Below are positions 7,437 through 16,163 of a stretch of 32,000 nucleotides of DNA, one piece after another; position 1 is the stretch's first letter, and each line of letters opens with the position of its first letter. The position numbers and the translations under genes were made by a program. Source of the stretch: Sinorhizobium meliloti (lineage in GTDB: Bacteria > Pseudomonadota > Alphaproteobacteria > Rhizobiales > Rhizobiaceae); the NCBI RefSeq assembly GCF_017876815.1, contig NZ_JAGIOS010000001.1:690001-722000 (forward strand). Reading direction: 5' to 3'. The notes under the pieces were generated by a model. The model did no database searches. It had not been told where the DNA came from and saw only the letters and a list, made by a program, of their open reading frames with translations.

Positions 7437-7468
7437 AAAAAGGGGCAGCCCTCGTAGAGGCTGCCCCT
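7437..7468 (-). terminator. rho-independent terminator downstream of secDF
   Basis: 10-bp stem AGGGGCAGCC / GGCTGCCCCT with an 8-nt loop. On the minus strand it is followed by a T run (plus-strand AAAAA at 7437-7441). It lies 77 nt past the secDF stop. Confidence 0.8.
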
Positions 7469-7544
7469 TTGCCGGGATCGACACGGCGGGATCAGGAAAG
7501 GCGCGGACGGTTTTCCGCCCGCATCCGTCGACGGCACGAGGCCG

Positions 7545-10079
7545 TCAGGCTGTCGGCGTTTCCGCCTGCTGCCCGGCGGAACGAGCGGCTTCCCGCTCCT
7601 TCCACCAGCGGCTCAGGAACAGGAGGATCGGACCGCCGATATAGATGGACGAGGTCGTCGCGACGATGACGCCGAAGATCATCGGCCAGGCGAAGCTCTG
7701 CACCGCCTCGCCGCCCCAGATCGCCATCGGCACAAGGGAAAGCGCCGTTGCAGCCGAGGTGAAGATGCATCGCGCGATCACCTGGTTGATGCTCATGTCG
7801 ATGAGATCGGAGAACGGCATCGACTTGTACTTGCGCAGGTTTTCGCGCATGCGGTCGTAGACCACCACCTTGTCGTTCACCGAATAGCCGATCATCGTCA
7901 GCAGCGCTGCGATCGCCGTCAGGTTGAAGTCGATGCCCGTGAGTGCAAAGAACCCGACGGTCTTGGTGATGTCGAGCAAGAGCACGGCGATCGCGCCGAC
8001 GGCGAAGTGCCATTCGAAGCGGAACCAGATGTAGAGCAGGATCGCCAACATCGCGAGGGCGACGGCGAGGAAGCCGGATCGCGCCAATTCGCCACTGACC
8101 GTCGGACCGACGACCTCGGTCCGCTCCATGCTGGCACCGGGGATGGCGGTCGTCACCGCATCCTTGACCTTGTTCAGTGCCACCGTCTGCGCCTGCTCGC
8201 CCCCCGGCTGCCGCTGCACGCGGATCAGCACCGATTGGCCGCCGCCGAAGTCCTGGAGCGCCACCTCGCCGAGATTGAGCTCCTCGAGGCTTTGACGCAG
8301 TGTCGGCAGATTGATCTTCTCCTTCGAAACCGCCTCGACCTGAATGCCACCGATGAAATCGATGCCGTAATTGAGACCCGGCGTGAAGAACAGGATCACG
8401 GAGCTGATCGACAGGAATGCCGAAAAGCCGATCGCGAGGAAGCGGCCCTTCATGAAGGAGAAGGTGGGCAGCTGCGGCACCTTGCCAAAAAGCGACGGGA
8501 TTTCCAGCTTCTTCATCTTGCGGCGCACGACGACTTCGCGCATCAGCAGGCGCACGACCGTAACCGATGTGAACATCGAAATGCCGATGCCCAGCATCAT
8601 GGTGACGGCAAAGCCCTTCACCGGCCCGCTGCCGAACCAGAAGAGAAGCACCGTGCCCGCAAGCGTCGTGACGTTGGAGTCGATGATCGTCGCATAAGCC
8701 TTGTTGAAGCCGATATCCAGCGCCTTCATCGCGCCGGCGCCCGCCTCGGTCTCTTCGCGGATACGCGCATTGATCAGGATGTTCGCGTCCACGGCCATGC
8801 CGATGCCGAGAATGATACCGGCTATACCGGGCAAGGTCAGCGTCGAACCTATCAGGCCGAGTACGCCGATCGTCATGATCGTGTGCAACACCAGGCCGAC
8901 ATTGGCGATCATGCCCCAGGCCCCGTAGAGGACGACCATGAGGACCACGACGAGGCCGAAACCGGCGAGACCCGTAAAGAGGCCCATGCGAATCGAGTCG
9001 CTGCCGAGATTCGGGCCGACAGAGCGCTCTTCGATGATCGTCAGCGGTGCCGGCAGCGCACCGGAGCGCAGGAGTGCGGAAAGAACCGTCGCCTCCTCGA
9101 CCGTGAAGCTGCCGCTGATCTGGCCGCGGCCACCGAGAATGGGCTCGTTGATGACCGGCGCGGTCAGCACCTTGCCGTCGAGCACGATCGCAAACGGCCG
9201 GCCGACGTTTTCGCGGGTGATGTCGGCGAACTGGCGGGCACCGAGCGAGTCGAAGCTGAAATCGACGACCGGCTGGTTGGTGCGCTGATCGAAGCCGACC
9301 TTGGCGTCGTCCAGCCGCTCGCCGGAAATGGCGACGCGGCTTTCGACCGGATAGCGGTTGCCGTCATTGGCGCCCGGCAGAATGTCGACCCCACGCGGCG
9401 CCGGCTGTGTGACGTCGACGCTCTGATCGAGCATGTGGAAGCTCATCTGTGCCGTCGAACCCAGAAGCTCGCGCAGGCGTGTCGGATCCTGAAGGCCGGG
9501 CAGCTGGACCAGAATGCGGTTGGAACCGATGCGCTGGATCAGCGGTTCGGCGACGCCGACCTGGTCGACGCGGTTGCGGATGATTTCCAGGCTCTGCTCG
9601 ACCGCCTTGGTCATGCGGTCGGCAAGACCCGCCTCGGTCATGGCCAGGGTGATGACATCGCCCGCCGTCGTTACCTCGACCTCAGGAGCCGGGGCGGCGA
9701 AACCCACCGTGCTCACGGGCGTCGCCAGTTCCTGCAGCTTCGGCAGAACCTTGTCCCGGTCCTGGGCATCGGGGATGCTTACGGTCACGCTGTTGTCGCT
9801 GATGCGAGCCGAGGAGGCGGAGACGCGCTCGCCGCGCAGGACGCGACGGGTATCGTCGAGAAGCGAGTTGAGGCGAGCCTTCTGCAGCCCCGCCCCGTCC
9901 ACCTCGAGAACGAGGTGCGAACCGCCCCTCAGATCGAGGCCGAGCGTGACCGGCTCGAACGGGAGAACGGAAGCGACCTGCTCCCTCATGGCCGGCGTAA
10001 GAACGCTCGGCAGCGCCGCAAGGCATCCGAAGATGATGATCGCGACATAGGCGAGGACCGCCCATCTGGATGTACGCAT
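7545..10079 (-). CDS. secDF: protein translocase subunit SecDF (fused SecD-SecF)
   Basis: The 844-aa product has a SecD-like N-terminus (MRTSRWAVLAYVAIIIFGCLAALPSVL), a large periplasmic domain and two RND-like six-TM bundles (..GPNLGSDSIRMGL.., ..VGPTVSGELARSG..). Confidence 0.93.
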   Translation of the reverse strand: MRTSRWAVLAYVAIIIFGCLAALPSVLTPAMREQVASVLPFEPVTLGLDLRGGSHLVLEVDGAGLQKARLNSLLDDTRRVLRGERVSASSARISDNSVTVSIPDAQDRDKVLPKLQELATPVSTVGFAAPAPEVEVTTAGDVITLAMTEAGLADRMTKAVEQSLEIIRNRVDQVGVAEPLIQRIGSNRILVQLPGLQDPTRLRELLGSTAQMSFHMLDQSVDVTQPAPRGVDILPGANDGNRYPVESRVAISGERLDDAKVGFDQRTNQPVVDFSFDSLGARQFADITRENVGRPFAIVLDGKVLTAPVINEPILGGRGQISGSFTVEEATVLSALLRSGALPAPLTIIEERSVGPNLGSDSIRMGLFTGLAGFGLVVVLMVVLYGAWGMIANVGLVLHTIMTIGVLGLIGSTLTLPGIAGIILGIGMAVDANILINARIREETEAGAGAMKALDIGFNKAYATIIDSNVTTLAGTVLLFWFGSGPVKGFAVTMMLGIGISMFTSVTVVRLLMREVVVRRKMKKLEIPSLFGKVPQLPTFSFMKGRFLAIGFSAFLSISSVILFFTPGLNYGIDFIGGIQVEAVSKEKINLPTLRQSLEELNLGEVALQDFGGGQSVLIRVQRQPGGEQAQTVALNKVKDAVTTAIPGASMERTEVVGPTVSGELARSGFLAVALAMLAILLYIWFRFEWHFAVGAIAVLLLDITKTVGFFALTGIDFNLTAIAALLTMIGYSVNDKVVVYDRMRENLRKYKSMPFSDLIDMSINQVIARCIFTSAATALSLVPMAIWGGEAVQSFAWPMIFGVIVATTSSIYIGGPILLFLSRWWKEREAARSAGQQAETPTA

Positions 10080-10172
10080 GTGGGAATTCCATAAACGCCT
10101 GAACGCGCCTTGGGCAGCGTCCGGGCTGGGTTTTCATCAATGGCTGAGGCGGGATCGAAAGCCCTGCCGAAC

Positions 10173-10565
10173 TCAAACGATGGCTGCCGCCGGTGGCGGC
10201 GCGCGGATGCACTCGTTCTGGCACGGCGCGGCGCGTGCGATTGCGGCTCGCGGCAGAGATGGAGAAGGAGAAGCCACGGGCGCAGCGAGCGCCACGCGTT
10301 GAAATTGGATGCATGGCGCCGGATCGCCGCCGGGCATCGACTTGCCGTCAGCGCGCTCGCCGCTGAAACGGAGGTCGGGCAGTGCAACCGCCCTGCATAT
10401 CTGGCGGGCGACCGGCCGGTCGGAGGAACCTGTATCGGGTTGAGCGACATTGCCGGCCGGCGCTCCGGCCGCGCGGCCTGCTGCACCCTGGCCGACCGCG
10501 ATGACCTGCATGGAAAGAGAGGCGCAGAACAGCCACAGCACGGCGAGAAGCCGGCTGGCGTGCAT
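10173..10565 (-). CDS. hypothetical exported protein (about 130 aa, Cys-containing, Ala/Pro-rich)
   Basis: ATG at 10565 gives MHASRLLAVLWLFCASLSMQVIAVGQGAAG.., which looks like a signal peptide. Third positions are G/C-rich. Alternative in-frame starts lie at 10586 and 10595. Same strand as secDF, 93 nt upstream of it. No recognisable domain. Confidence 0.45.
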   Translation of the reverse strand: MHASRLLAVLWLFCASLSMQVIAVGQGAAGRAAGAPAGNVAQPDTGSSDRPVARQICRAVALPDLRFSGERADGKSMPGGDPAPCIQFQRVALAAPVASPSPSLPRAAIARAAPCQNECIRAPPPAAAIV

Positions 10566-10754
10566 GCTCCTGCTGCCACCACCCATGAGGTCCATCGAGG
10601 ACGCGGTCCCTTTCTCTTTGCATCCGGTCAATCCGCGATCGAACGCAAGCGAGACGAATTCAGCCCGAGCACCAAACTAAACGAAGAACGTGGCCGGATT
10701 CGAGCATGTGCGCTCTTAACATCACTCCGGGCCGGAAAAGTCAAATCCGGGCCG

Positions 10755-12368
10755 TCATGCAGTGGCGCCGGCGGTTCTTTCCTGATGGATTTCGATGAGC
10801 GAAGGCCCTGGGCGCGACGCCGCAGCGGCGAGCGCGCGCGGCAGATCCTTCACGGTCGCCAGCCGCTCAGCGGGCAGGCCGTAGGCTTTGGCGGTCAGCA
10901 GGAAATCGGGTGCGGAAGGTTTGACGCCTTCCGGCGTGATCCCAGATTCGACCATGTAGGACTCGATTTCCCGGTATCCGTCATTGTTCCAGACGAGGAA
11001 GACGACCCTGGCATTCGCGTCCACCGCCGAGCCGATCTCGGCCAGTGAAAACTGGAACCCGCCATCGCCGACGAGGCATATGACCGGCCGCCCCCGATCG
11101 GCGACCGCAGCGCCCACCGCAGCGGGAGGCGCATAGCCGAGCGATCCGTAGCCCGTCGCCGAATTGAACCAGGCCCTTTGCCGCGGCGCGTCGCAATAGA
11201 GGTTGCCGGCATAGACGGCCTGGGTCGAGTCCCCGACGATGGTGCAGTCGGGGAGCGTCCGGTAGATCGTCTCGACGACGCCGATTTCCGCAAGCATTTT
11301 CGGTGTCAGCTCCTTCAGCGCCGCCTTGCGCGCGGCCTCCGCGCGCAAGACCCCGTCCTTGGCCGCCGCATGGTCCGGCAGGAAGCCGAGAATGCCCGCA
11401 GTCGCAGCCTTCGCGCCGGAGAGGATCGAAAGCGCAGCTTGCGGCCCGCGCGCGAGCTGCGCCGCATCGATGTCGGTGCGAATAAGGTTCTTCAGCAGCG
11501 GAAAGCCGCCATCCGCATAGAGATCGTAATCGGTCTGGCCCATCTCGGTGCCGAGCGCCAGAACGAGATCCGCCTCCCGCAGCAGCGCGCGGACCGCCTT
11601 GAGGCTCGGGCTTGCCGGTACCCGGAGCGGATGGCCGGCAAGCATGCCGCGGGCGTTGACCGTCGTGACCACCGGCGCGCCGATCCGCTCGGCGAGTTCG
11701 CGCACTTCCGCTTCCGCGGTCAGGGCGCCGCCGCCGCACAGGATGACCGGCCGCGCGGCTTCCGCGCAGAGGATCGCCGCCCTCTGCAGCGTTTCGCTGT
11801 CGGAGCGCGGGCGCGTCGCCGCCGCCGGCTTTGCCGGCCTGCCCTCGATCTTCAGGGCCATCACGTCGGTCGGAATTTCGATATGGACCGGGCCTGGCCG
11901 GCCGGAAAGCAGAACGGCAAAGGCGCGGTCGACGACGAGCGGCAGATCGGCGGGGTTGAGAAGCGTGTGCGAATAGAGCGCCAGCGTCTTCATCATTCCA
12001 TTCTGATCGGGCAGCTCGTGCAGCAGCCCCCGGCCATGCCCGAGGGAATCCCGGCGGTTGACGCCGGAGATCACCAGCATCGGGATCGAGTCCTGCCGGG
12101 CCTGCGCCATGGCGGTGATCGTGTTGGTAAGGCCCGGGCCGGTGATCACGAGGGCCACGCCCGGCTTGCCACTGACGCGCGCATATCCGTCGGCCATGAA
12201 GCCGGCACCCTGTTCGTGACGCGGCGTGACGTGGCGAATTTTAGATGCGGCAAGGCCGCGGTAAAGTTCGACCGTATGCACGCCCGGAATGCCGAATACG
12301 ACCTCCACGCCGTTTGCTTCCAGGAGATCGACGAGGGTCTCGCCGACGGTTTTCGATTCGACGGTCAT
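10755..12368 (-). CDS. thiamine-diphosphate-dependent enzyme of the acetolactate synthase superfamily; resembles 5-guanidino-2-oxopentanoate decarboxylase (AruI-like)
   Basis: ATG at 12368 (MTVESKTVGETLVDLLEANGVEVVFGIPGVHTVELYRGL..RHEQGAGFMADGYARVSGKPGV..) and a ThDP-binding motif GDGGFQF..WNNDGY near the C-terminus. ATGA overlap with the upstream aminotransferase stop. The AruI-like call rests on my recollection of that family. Confidence 0.8.
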   Translation of the reverse strand: MTVESKTVGETLVDLLEANGVEVVFGIPGVHTVELYRGLAASKIRHVTPRHEQGAGFMADGYARVSGKPGVALVITGPGLTNTITAMAQARQDSIPMLVISGVNRRDSLGHGRGLLHELPDQNGMMKTLALYSHTLLNPADLPLVVDRAFAVLLSGRPGPVHIEIPTDVMALKIEGRPAKPAAATRPRSDSETLQRAAILCAEAARPVILCGGGALTAEAEVRELAERIGAPVVTTVNARGMLAGHPLRVPASPSLKAVRALLREADLVLALGTEMGQTDYDLYADGGFPLLKNLIRTDIDAAQLARGPQAALSILSGAKAATAGILGFLPDHAAAKDGVLRAEAARKAALKELTPKMLAEIGVVETIYRTLPDCTIVGDSTQAVYAGNLYCDAPRQRAWFNSATGYGSLGYAPPAAVGAAVADRGRPVICLVGDGGFQFSLAEIGSAVDANARVVFLVWNNDGYREIESYMVESGITPEGVKPSAPDFLLTAKAYGLPAERLATVKDLPRALAAAASRPGPSLIEIHQERTAGATA

Positions 12369-13555
12369 GCGCGGCGCTCCTTGCGGATGGTGCAGCGTTC
12401 GGCGAGCGCGGCGATGCGGCGGCATGCCTCCTCGATGGCGGCATCCGGAACGGTGAGGCTCACGCGCAGAAAGTTGCGTGCCTTGTCGCCGAAGGAGGAC
12501 CCCGGCATCACCGCAACGCCCTCCTCTTCAAGGAGTGCCCAGGCGAAGGCTTCGCCGGAGAGGCCCGTGCCGGAGACGTCGATCAGCGCAAACATACCGG
12601 CCTCCGGCGGCAGCACCGAAACCCCGGACGCCCCCGCAAGACCGTCGATGATCCGCCGGGCGCGCCGGCTGTAGGATTCCCGCATCTGCCTCGCCGTATC
12701 GATGTCATGCGTCAGCGCGTAAGCGGTCATATCGGCGATGAACGGCTGCTGGCCGAAAAGCATGGTCTCGGAAATCGGCAGCAGGCGCTCGGTGAACTCG
12801 GCCGGGCCGACGGCCCAGCCGCTGCGAAAGCCGGGTGCTGCATGCGACTTCGAGATGGACGAGACGACGACCGTGCGTTCGGCAAGATCGGGATTGTCGA
12901 ATGGCGAGGCGAAGAGCGCATCGAAGACGAGCTCCTCATATACCTCGTCGCAGACGATCCAGAGATCGTGCCGCCGCGCGACTTCACCGATCGCCGCAAT
13001 CTCTTCCGCCGTCAAAACGGCGCCGGTGGGGTTGTGCGGCGTATTGAGGAGCAGCACGCGGCATTCGGGCGTGACCGCCTTTTCCAGATCCTCCGCCCGC
13101 ATGTGGAAGCCGTTTTCCGGGTTCAGCGGTACGAATACCGGATGGGCCCCCGTGGACCGGATGACGCCTTCATAGGTCGCGTATAGGGGATCTCCGACGA
13201 GCACGCCGTCTCCCGCCTCGGCGAGCGCGAACATGACGGCAAAGAGCGCCGTCTGCGTTCCCGGGAAGCAAAGAATGTTCTCCGCGGTCACGGCGGCACG
13301 GCGGCGGCGGTACTTTTCGGTAAGCGCCGCCACGACTGCCGGCTCCCCGCGGCCGTTTGAATAGCGGTAGCGTCCCGCATTCATGGCCCGCTGGCACTCT
13401 TCCAGAAGCGCGCGGTCCGGCGGCAGATCCGGTTCGCCGATGGTCAGCTCGATGAGCTCGGCGCCACTCGCCTTCAGCTGACGTGCGCGGGTGTGCAGCG
13501 TCCATTTGCCGGAACCGAGCTCGGCAAGACGTGATGTGATCGACGCGTAGCGCAA
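12365..13555 (-). CDS. class I/II PLP aminotransferase; resembles arginine:pyruvate transaminase (AruH-like)
   Basis: TTG start at 13555, preceded by GAGGGAG 7 nt upstream. N-terminus MRYASITSRLAELGSGKWTLHTRARQLKASGAELIELTIGEPDLPP. PLP-lysine region SSISKSHAAPGFRSGW. Translationally coupled to the ThDP enzyme. Confidence 0.8.
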   Translation of the reverse strand: MRYASITSRLAELGSGKWTLHTRARQLKASGAELIELTIGEPDLPPDRALLEECQRAMNAGRYRYSNGRGEPAVVAALTEKYRRRRAAVTAENILCFPGTQTALFAVMFALAEAGDGVLVGDPLYATYEGVIRSTGAHPVFVPLNPENGFHMRAEDLEKAVTPECRVLLLNTPHNPTGAVLTAEEIAAIGEVARRHDLWIVCDEVYEELVFDALFASPFDNPDLAERTVVVSSISKSHAAPGFRSGWAVGPAEFTERLLPISETMLFGQQPFIADMTAYALTHDIDTARQMRESYSRRARRIIDGLAGASGVSVLPPEAGMFALIDVSGTGLSGEAFAWALLEEEGVAVMPGSSFGDKARNFLRVSLTVPDAAIEEACRRIAALAERCTIRKERRA

Positions 13556-13578
13556 GAATTCACTCCCTCATTCGATTT

Positions 13579-14193
13579 CTATTTTTCGATCCGAAGGCCG
13601 AGCAGGGCTTCGACCGAGGCCATGGCGATGCCGACCAGTTCGCCCTCTCGAAAGAGATCGCCGGCGAGGCAGCCTTCGACCCAGAGCCCGTCCACGAGGC
13701 CGTTGATCGCGATTGCGTAGCGGCGGCACTCCTCGGGACCGGCAGGCCGGCCCTTGGCCGAAAGAAAATCGCTGAGCAACTCCTGCAACGCGTTGCGGAA
13801 GGCGAGGTAGCCGTCGCGATGGATTTCCGCGAGCACCGGATCGACCCGGACCTGACTGATGAAGGCGGCCCAGAGAGAGATGCTGCGGCTGTCGGCGACC
13901 GGTTCGGTCAGATTGATGGCGATGAAGTCCTTGAGACGCGTCGCCGGATCGCCCTCGACGTTCTTCGCCTTCTCCGTGAGAGAGGCAATGACGGCGCGGT
14001 AAGCCTCCGCAACCATCTGGTCTTTGGATTCGAAATAATGGCGGACGAGCCCTGCGGTAACGCCGGCGCGAAGGGCGATCTGGCGGACGGTCGCTCCCTT
14101 GAGGCCGAATTCCGAAATGCAGTCCAGCGTCGCCTCGATCAGTTCCTGGCGCCGCTCGCCCTCGGGGGCGCGATAAAAGCTGCGCCGGTTCAC
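13579..14193 (-). CDS. TetR/AcrR-family transcriptional regulator
   Basis: GTG start at 14193. HTH region GLKGATVRQIALRAGVTAGLVRHYFESKDQM. The stop is 23 nt upstream of the aminotransferase start, consistent with one operon. Confidence 0.85.
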   Translation of the reverse strand: MNRRSFYRAPEGERRQELIEATLDCISEFGLKGATVRQIALRAGVTAGLVRHYFESKDQMVAEAYRAVIASLTEKAKNVEGDPATRLKDFIAINLTEPVADSRSISLWAAFISQVRVDPVLAEIHRDGYLAFRNALQELLSDFLSAKGRPAGPEECRRYAIAINGLVDGLWVEGCLAGDLFREGELVGIAMASVEALLGLRIEK

Positions 14194-14310
14194 CGCATGC
14201 CCCGCGCCGTGCCGTTCAGCCAGATCGTCATTGCCTGCGAACCGGTTGGGCTCATGCGTTGCTCCCGGGGATGACCGTTGTTGCGAGGAGCGTCAGAAAA
14301 TCGACGCGGG

Positions 14311-14342
14311 TATTATTATACGCTTGAATAATAGCGGCACAA
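14311..14342 (-). promoter_or_regulatory. putative promoter overlapped by an AT-rich inverted repeat (candidate TetR operator)
   Basis: Inverted repeat TATTATT (14311-14317), 9 nt, AATAATA (14327-14333). On the minus strand: TTGTGC (14342-14337), 16 nt, TATAAT (14320-14315). This is the only AT-rich patch in the 270-bp divergent intergenic region. Confidence 0.35.
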
Positions 14343-14463
14343 GTGCAACGATGCCATCCAGAAACAGCGTGACAAGCCGAAGATGCTGCACGAGAGAAAG
14401 ACCAGGGGAACTGTTTTTCATGGCTTCAACGAGCGTTCCGCGAACGAGAGGAGCCGCGCGCCG

Positions 14464-15237
14464 ATGACGGATGCGGCCCAGGCAATCGCGGTTACCGACC
14501 TCCACAAGCGTTTCGGGCCATTGGAAGTGCTGAAGGGCGTGTCGCTGAGCGCGCGGCAGGGCGACGTTATCGCGATCATCGGCGGCAGCGGTTCCGGTAA
14601 ATCCACGCTTCTCCGTTGCATCAACATGCTGGAACTGCCCTCGGCCGGCCAGATCAGCGTGCACGGAGAAGAGATCCGCATGAAGCCGGACGGCCACGGC
14701 GGATTGATGCCGGCCGACCGCAAGCAGGTCCAGCGGATCCGCACCCAGCTCGGCATGGTTTTCCAAAGCTTCAATCTCTGGCAGCACATGACAATTCTCC
14801 AGAACGTCATCGAGGCGCCGGTGCACGTACTCGGCAAAACCAAGGCTGAAGCAGTCGAGACGGCCGAGGCGCTGCTCCGCCGGGTCGGCCTTTACGAGAA
14901 GCGGGATGCCTATCCAGCTTTCCTGTCAGGCGGTCAGCAGCAACGCGCCGCCATTGCCCGGGCGCTTGCGATCCAGCCGCTGGTCATGCTCTTCGACGAG
15001 CCGACCTCTGCGCTCGATCCGGAGCTCGTCGGCGAAGTGCTTTCGGTCATCGGCGATCTGGCGCGGGAAGAGCGGACGATGGTGCTCGTGACCCATGAGA
15101 TGAAATTCGCGCGTGACGTCGCCAACCACATCGTTTTCCTGCACAACGGCGTGATCGAGGAACAGGGGCCGCCCGAGGCGATTTTCGGCGCCCCTAAATC
15201 CGAAAGGCTCAAGAAGTTCATCAGCTCCATTCACTGA
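14464..15237 (+). CDS. polar amino-acid (His/Arg/Lys/opine-type) ABC transporter ATP-binding protein
   Basis: ATG at 14464 follows GAGAGGAG. Walker A GGSGSGKST, signature LSGGQQQR, Walker B LFDEPTSALD. Confidence 0.9.
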   Translation: MTDAAQAIAVTDLHKRFGPLEVLKGVSLSARQGDVIAIIGGSGSGKSTLLRCINMLELPSAGQISVHGEEIRMKPDGHGGLMPADRKQVQRIRTQLGMVFQSFNLWQHMTILQNVIEAPVHVLGKTKAEAVETAEALLRRVGLYEKRDAYPAFLSGGQQQRAAIARALAIQPLVMLFDEPTSALDPELVGEVLSVIGDLAREERTMVLVTHEMKFARDVANHIVFLHNGVIEEQGPPEAIFGAPKSERLKKFISSIH

Positions 15238-15273
15238 ATTCCGCAATGCTCGACAATCAAAAAAGGGAACGGC

Positions 15274-16056
15274 ATGAAGAAGACATTGAAACTCGTGGCG
15301 CTCGCCGCCGCTCTTGCGATCACAGGCGCGGCCACCGCCTCGGCCCAACAGGTCAAGGTGGGAATCGCGGCGGAGCCTTATCCGCCCTTCACCTCACCTG
15401 ACGCCAGCGGCAACTGGGAAGGCTGGGAGATCGAGTTCATGAAGGCCATGTGCGCCGAGGCCAAGCTCGATTGCGTCGTCACCCCGGTTGCCTGGGACGG
15501 CATCATTCCGGCGCTGACCTCCAAGAAGATCGACATGATCATCGGCTCGATGTCGATCACCGCGGAGCGGCTGAAGACCATCGACTTCTCCGACAAGTAC
15601 TACAACACGCCGACCGGCATCATCGGCGCCAAGGGCGACGACATCAAGCCGACGCCGGAGGGTCTCGCCGGCAAGACGATCGGGGTTCAGGTGTCCACCG
15701 TGCACCAGGCCTATGCCATGAAACACTTTGCGCCGGCCGGCGTCGAAGTGAAGGAATATCAGACGCAGGACGAGGCAAACCAGGATCTCGCCGCCGGCCG
15801 CGTCGATGCCGTCCAGGCTGACGCGATCGCCCTCGATGCCTTCCTGAAAAGCGACCAGGGCAAGCAGTGCTGCGATTACAAGGGCGAAGTCGCCGAAGAC
15901 GTCGACGTCATCGGGCCCGGCGTCGGCGTAGGGTTGCGCAAGGGAGAGACGGAACTGAAGGAAAAGGTCAACGCGGCGATCAAGGCGATCCGCGAGAACG
16001 GTACCTACGACGCCTTCTCGAAGAAATACTTCGACTTCGACATCTACGGCGGATAA
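15274..16056 (+). CDS. family-3 periplasmic substrate-binding protein (LAO/octopine-nopaline-binding type)
   Basis: Signal peptide MKKTLKLVALAAALAITGAATASAQ. Family motifs include ..GWEIEFMKAMCAEAKL.. and ..IIGSMSITAERLKTIDFSDKYY. Confidence 0.9.
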   Translation: MKKTLKLVALAAALAITGAATASAQQVKVGIAAEPYPPFTSPDASGNWEGWEIEFMKAMCAEAKLDCVVTPVAWDGIIPALTSKKIDMIIGSMSITAERLKTIDFSDKYYNTPTGIIGAKGDDIKPTPEGLAGKTIGVQVSTVHQAYAMKHFAPAGVEVKEYQTQDEANQDLAAGRVDAVQADAIALDAFLKSDQGKQCCDYKGEVAEDVDVIGPGVGVGLRKGETELKEKVNAAIKAIRENGTYDAFSKKYFDFDIYGG

Positions 16057-16065
16057 CCGCGACCT

Positions 16066-16090
16066 GCCGGCGGTCCGGGCGACCGCCGGC
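16066..16090 (+). promoter_or_regulatory. intercistronic GC-rich hairpin just after the binding-protein gene
   Basis: GCCGGCGGTC-CGGGC-GACCGCCGGC, a perfect 10-bp stem starting 10 nt after the stop and followed by CTTGAATTCGTGTTC. A second stem pairs 16106-16114 with 16138-16146. Confidence 0.6.
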
Positions 16091-16163
16091 CTTGAATTCG
16101 TGTTCGAGCGGGATGCGGATTGCGGGCATCGCCCATGATCCCGCTCTTGTTTAAGAGGCTGCC

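Noticed and set aside
8007-10094. 695-aa plus-strand ORF opposite secDF
   Set aside because: SecDF on the minus strand is unambiguous. The plus-strand product is R/D/E/H-rich with no domain.
10080-10754. Possible yajC gene upstream of secDF
   Set aside because: No frame here encodes a YajC-like single-TM protein. Only the unrelated signal-peptide ORF is plausible.
11178-12674. 498-aa plus-strand ORF opposite the ThDP enzyme and aminotransferase genes, plus similar antisense ORFs at 12245-13186, 16044-16916, 17895-18548, 18924-19652, 19659-20528, 23135-23983, 23842-24687, 25106-26629, 26819-28033 and 30538-31890
   Set aside because: All lie antisense to genes with strong family signatures and give Arg/Gly/Asp-rich translations. 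I treat them as compositional artefacts of GC-rich DNA.
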